From a virus, in IMG/VR virus record IMGVR_UViG_3300030104_005963: a DNA stretch of 64,000 nt; one strand, given 5' to 3'. The translations under genes were made by a program, and so were the position numbers. Shown here one piece after another: positions 63,493 to 64,000 of this stretch. The notes beneath the pieces were generated by a model that was not told the DNA's origin, did no database searches, and was given only the letters and a program-made list of their open reading frames with translations. The first letter of the stretch is position 1, and each line of letters starts with the position of its first letter.

Positions 63493-64000
63493 ATGCCCCT
63501 GTCTTCTGATTACGTCCGGACCTCCCTTCAAGGACTCTACGGCAACTCAATTACAAGTGGTGACATTCGTGCCTGGTGTGCGATGAATAGTGGTAATTAT
63601 CAAACCATTACTAAAAAACTTGATCAATTTAAAATTGGTCGTGGCAAATGGAATCTTGAAGTTACGCAAGAAAAGGTAGAACAAATCGAAAAAACTTATC
63701 AGGCACCTTCTGCACTGCCTGCAATTGAACAAAATCTCATTCCTCAGAAAGATGATACCTTCGTCCGCTTTGGCAACTTCGGTGATCTTAAAAAAATTAT
63801 TCAGTCCCGTCTATTTTATCCAACGTTCATCACGGGATTGTCCGGTAACGGCAAAACTTTCTCTGTTGAACAAGCGTGTGCTCAACTGGGTAGAGAACTA
63901 ATTCGTGTAAACATTACTATTGAAACTGATGAAGATGATCTTATTGGCGGTTTCCGTCTTGTTAATGGTGAAACCGTCTGGCACAATGGCCCAGTCATTG
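63493..64000 (+). CDS. 3'-partial CobS-like (MoxR-family) AAA+ ATPase
   Basis: Translated by hand: MPLSSDY...FITGLSGNGKT (Walker A)...RVNITIETDEDDLIGGFRL; runs off the window edge. Confidence 0.9.
   Translation, partial: MPLSSDYVRTSLQGLYGNSITSGDIRAWCAMNSGNYQTITKKLDQFKIGRGKWNLEVTQEKVEQIEKTYQAPSALPAIEQNLIPQKDDTFVRFGNFGDLKKIIQSRLFYPTFITGLSGNGKTFSVEQACAQLGRELIRVNITIETDEDDLIGGFRLVNGETVWHNGPVI

Noticed and set aside
134-63732. The many minus-strand and short alternative-frame ORFs in the six-frame track
   Set aside because: They lie in the shadow of well-supported plus-strand genes, lack Shine-Dalgarno sites or motifs, and read as antisense-typical I/F/S/L-rich sequence.
61054-64000. cobT/cobS as cobalamin-biosynthesis auxiliary metabolic genes
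   Set aside because: The visible motifs show only generic vWA and MoxR AAA+ domains. There is no cobN or other cob gene in the window, so gene symbols were withheld.
1-64000. tRNA or rRNA genes
   Set aside because: I found no cloverleaf with a TTC T-loop and matching acceptor stem in the intergenic regions by eye; a tRNAscan-SE run would be decisive.

Overview
This window is part of a T4-like marine cyanomyovirus genome (Kyanoviridae-like), and every credible gene is on the + strand. (1) 1-~10,000 is an accessory, probably early region. It holds a 5'-partial N6-adenine methyltransferase catalytic/TRD ORF, a PD-(D/E)xK nuclease, a separate SAM-binding methyltransferase half, a KxDG ligase-like protein, a 2OG-Fe(II) oxygenase, purC and about 20 small ORFs. 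These are punctuated by a recurring 24-bp palindrome + stem-loop + -10 promoter cassette. A structured non-coding block at 6480-6900 contains phased A-tracts, 11-bp-phased 9-mers, divergent sigma70 promoters and six TCTCGWCGAGA copies, and is a candidate replication origin or switch. (2) 12,093-53,493 is the virion morphogenesis cluster: g25, g6, a 4318-aa g7, g8, a VrlC-like protein, g13-g16, a modular basic protein, g17-g23 and g3, with gp55-type late promoters. (3) 53,490-64,000 contains uvsY, a ParB-like insert, uvsW, g55, g47, g46, glutaredoxin, a CobT-like HEXXH/vWA protein and a 3'-partial CobS-like AAA+ ATPase. I saw no tRNA, rRNA, CRISPR array, intron or intein. All product calls come from motif recognition and synteny, not from database searches.
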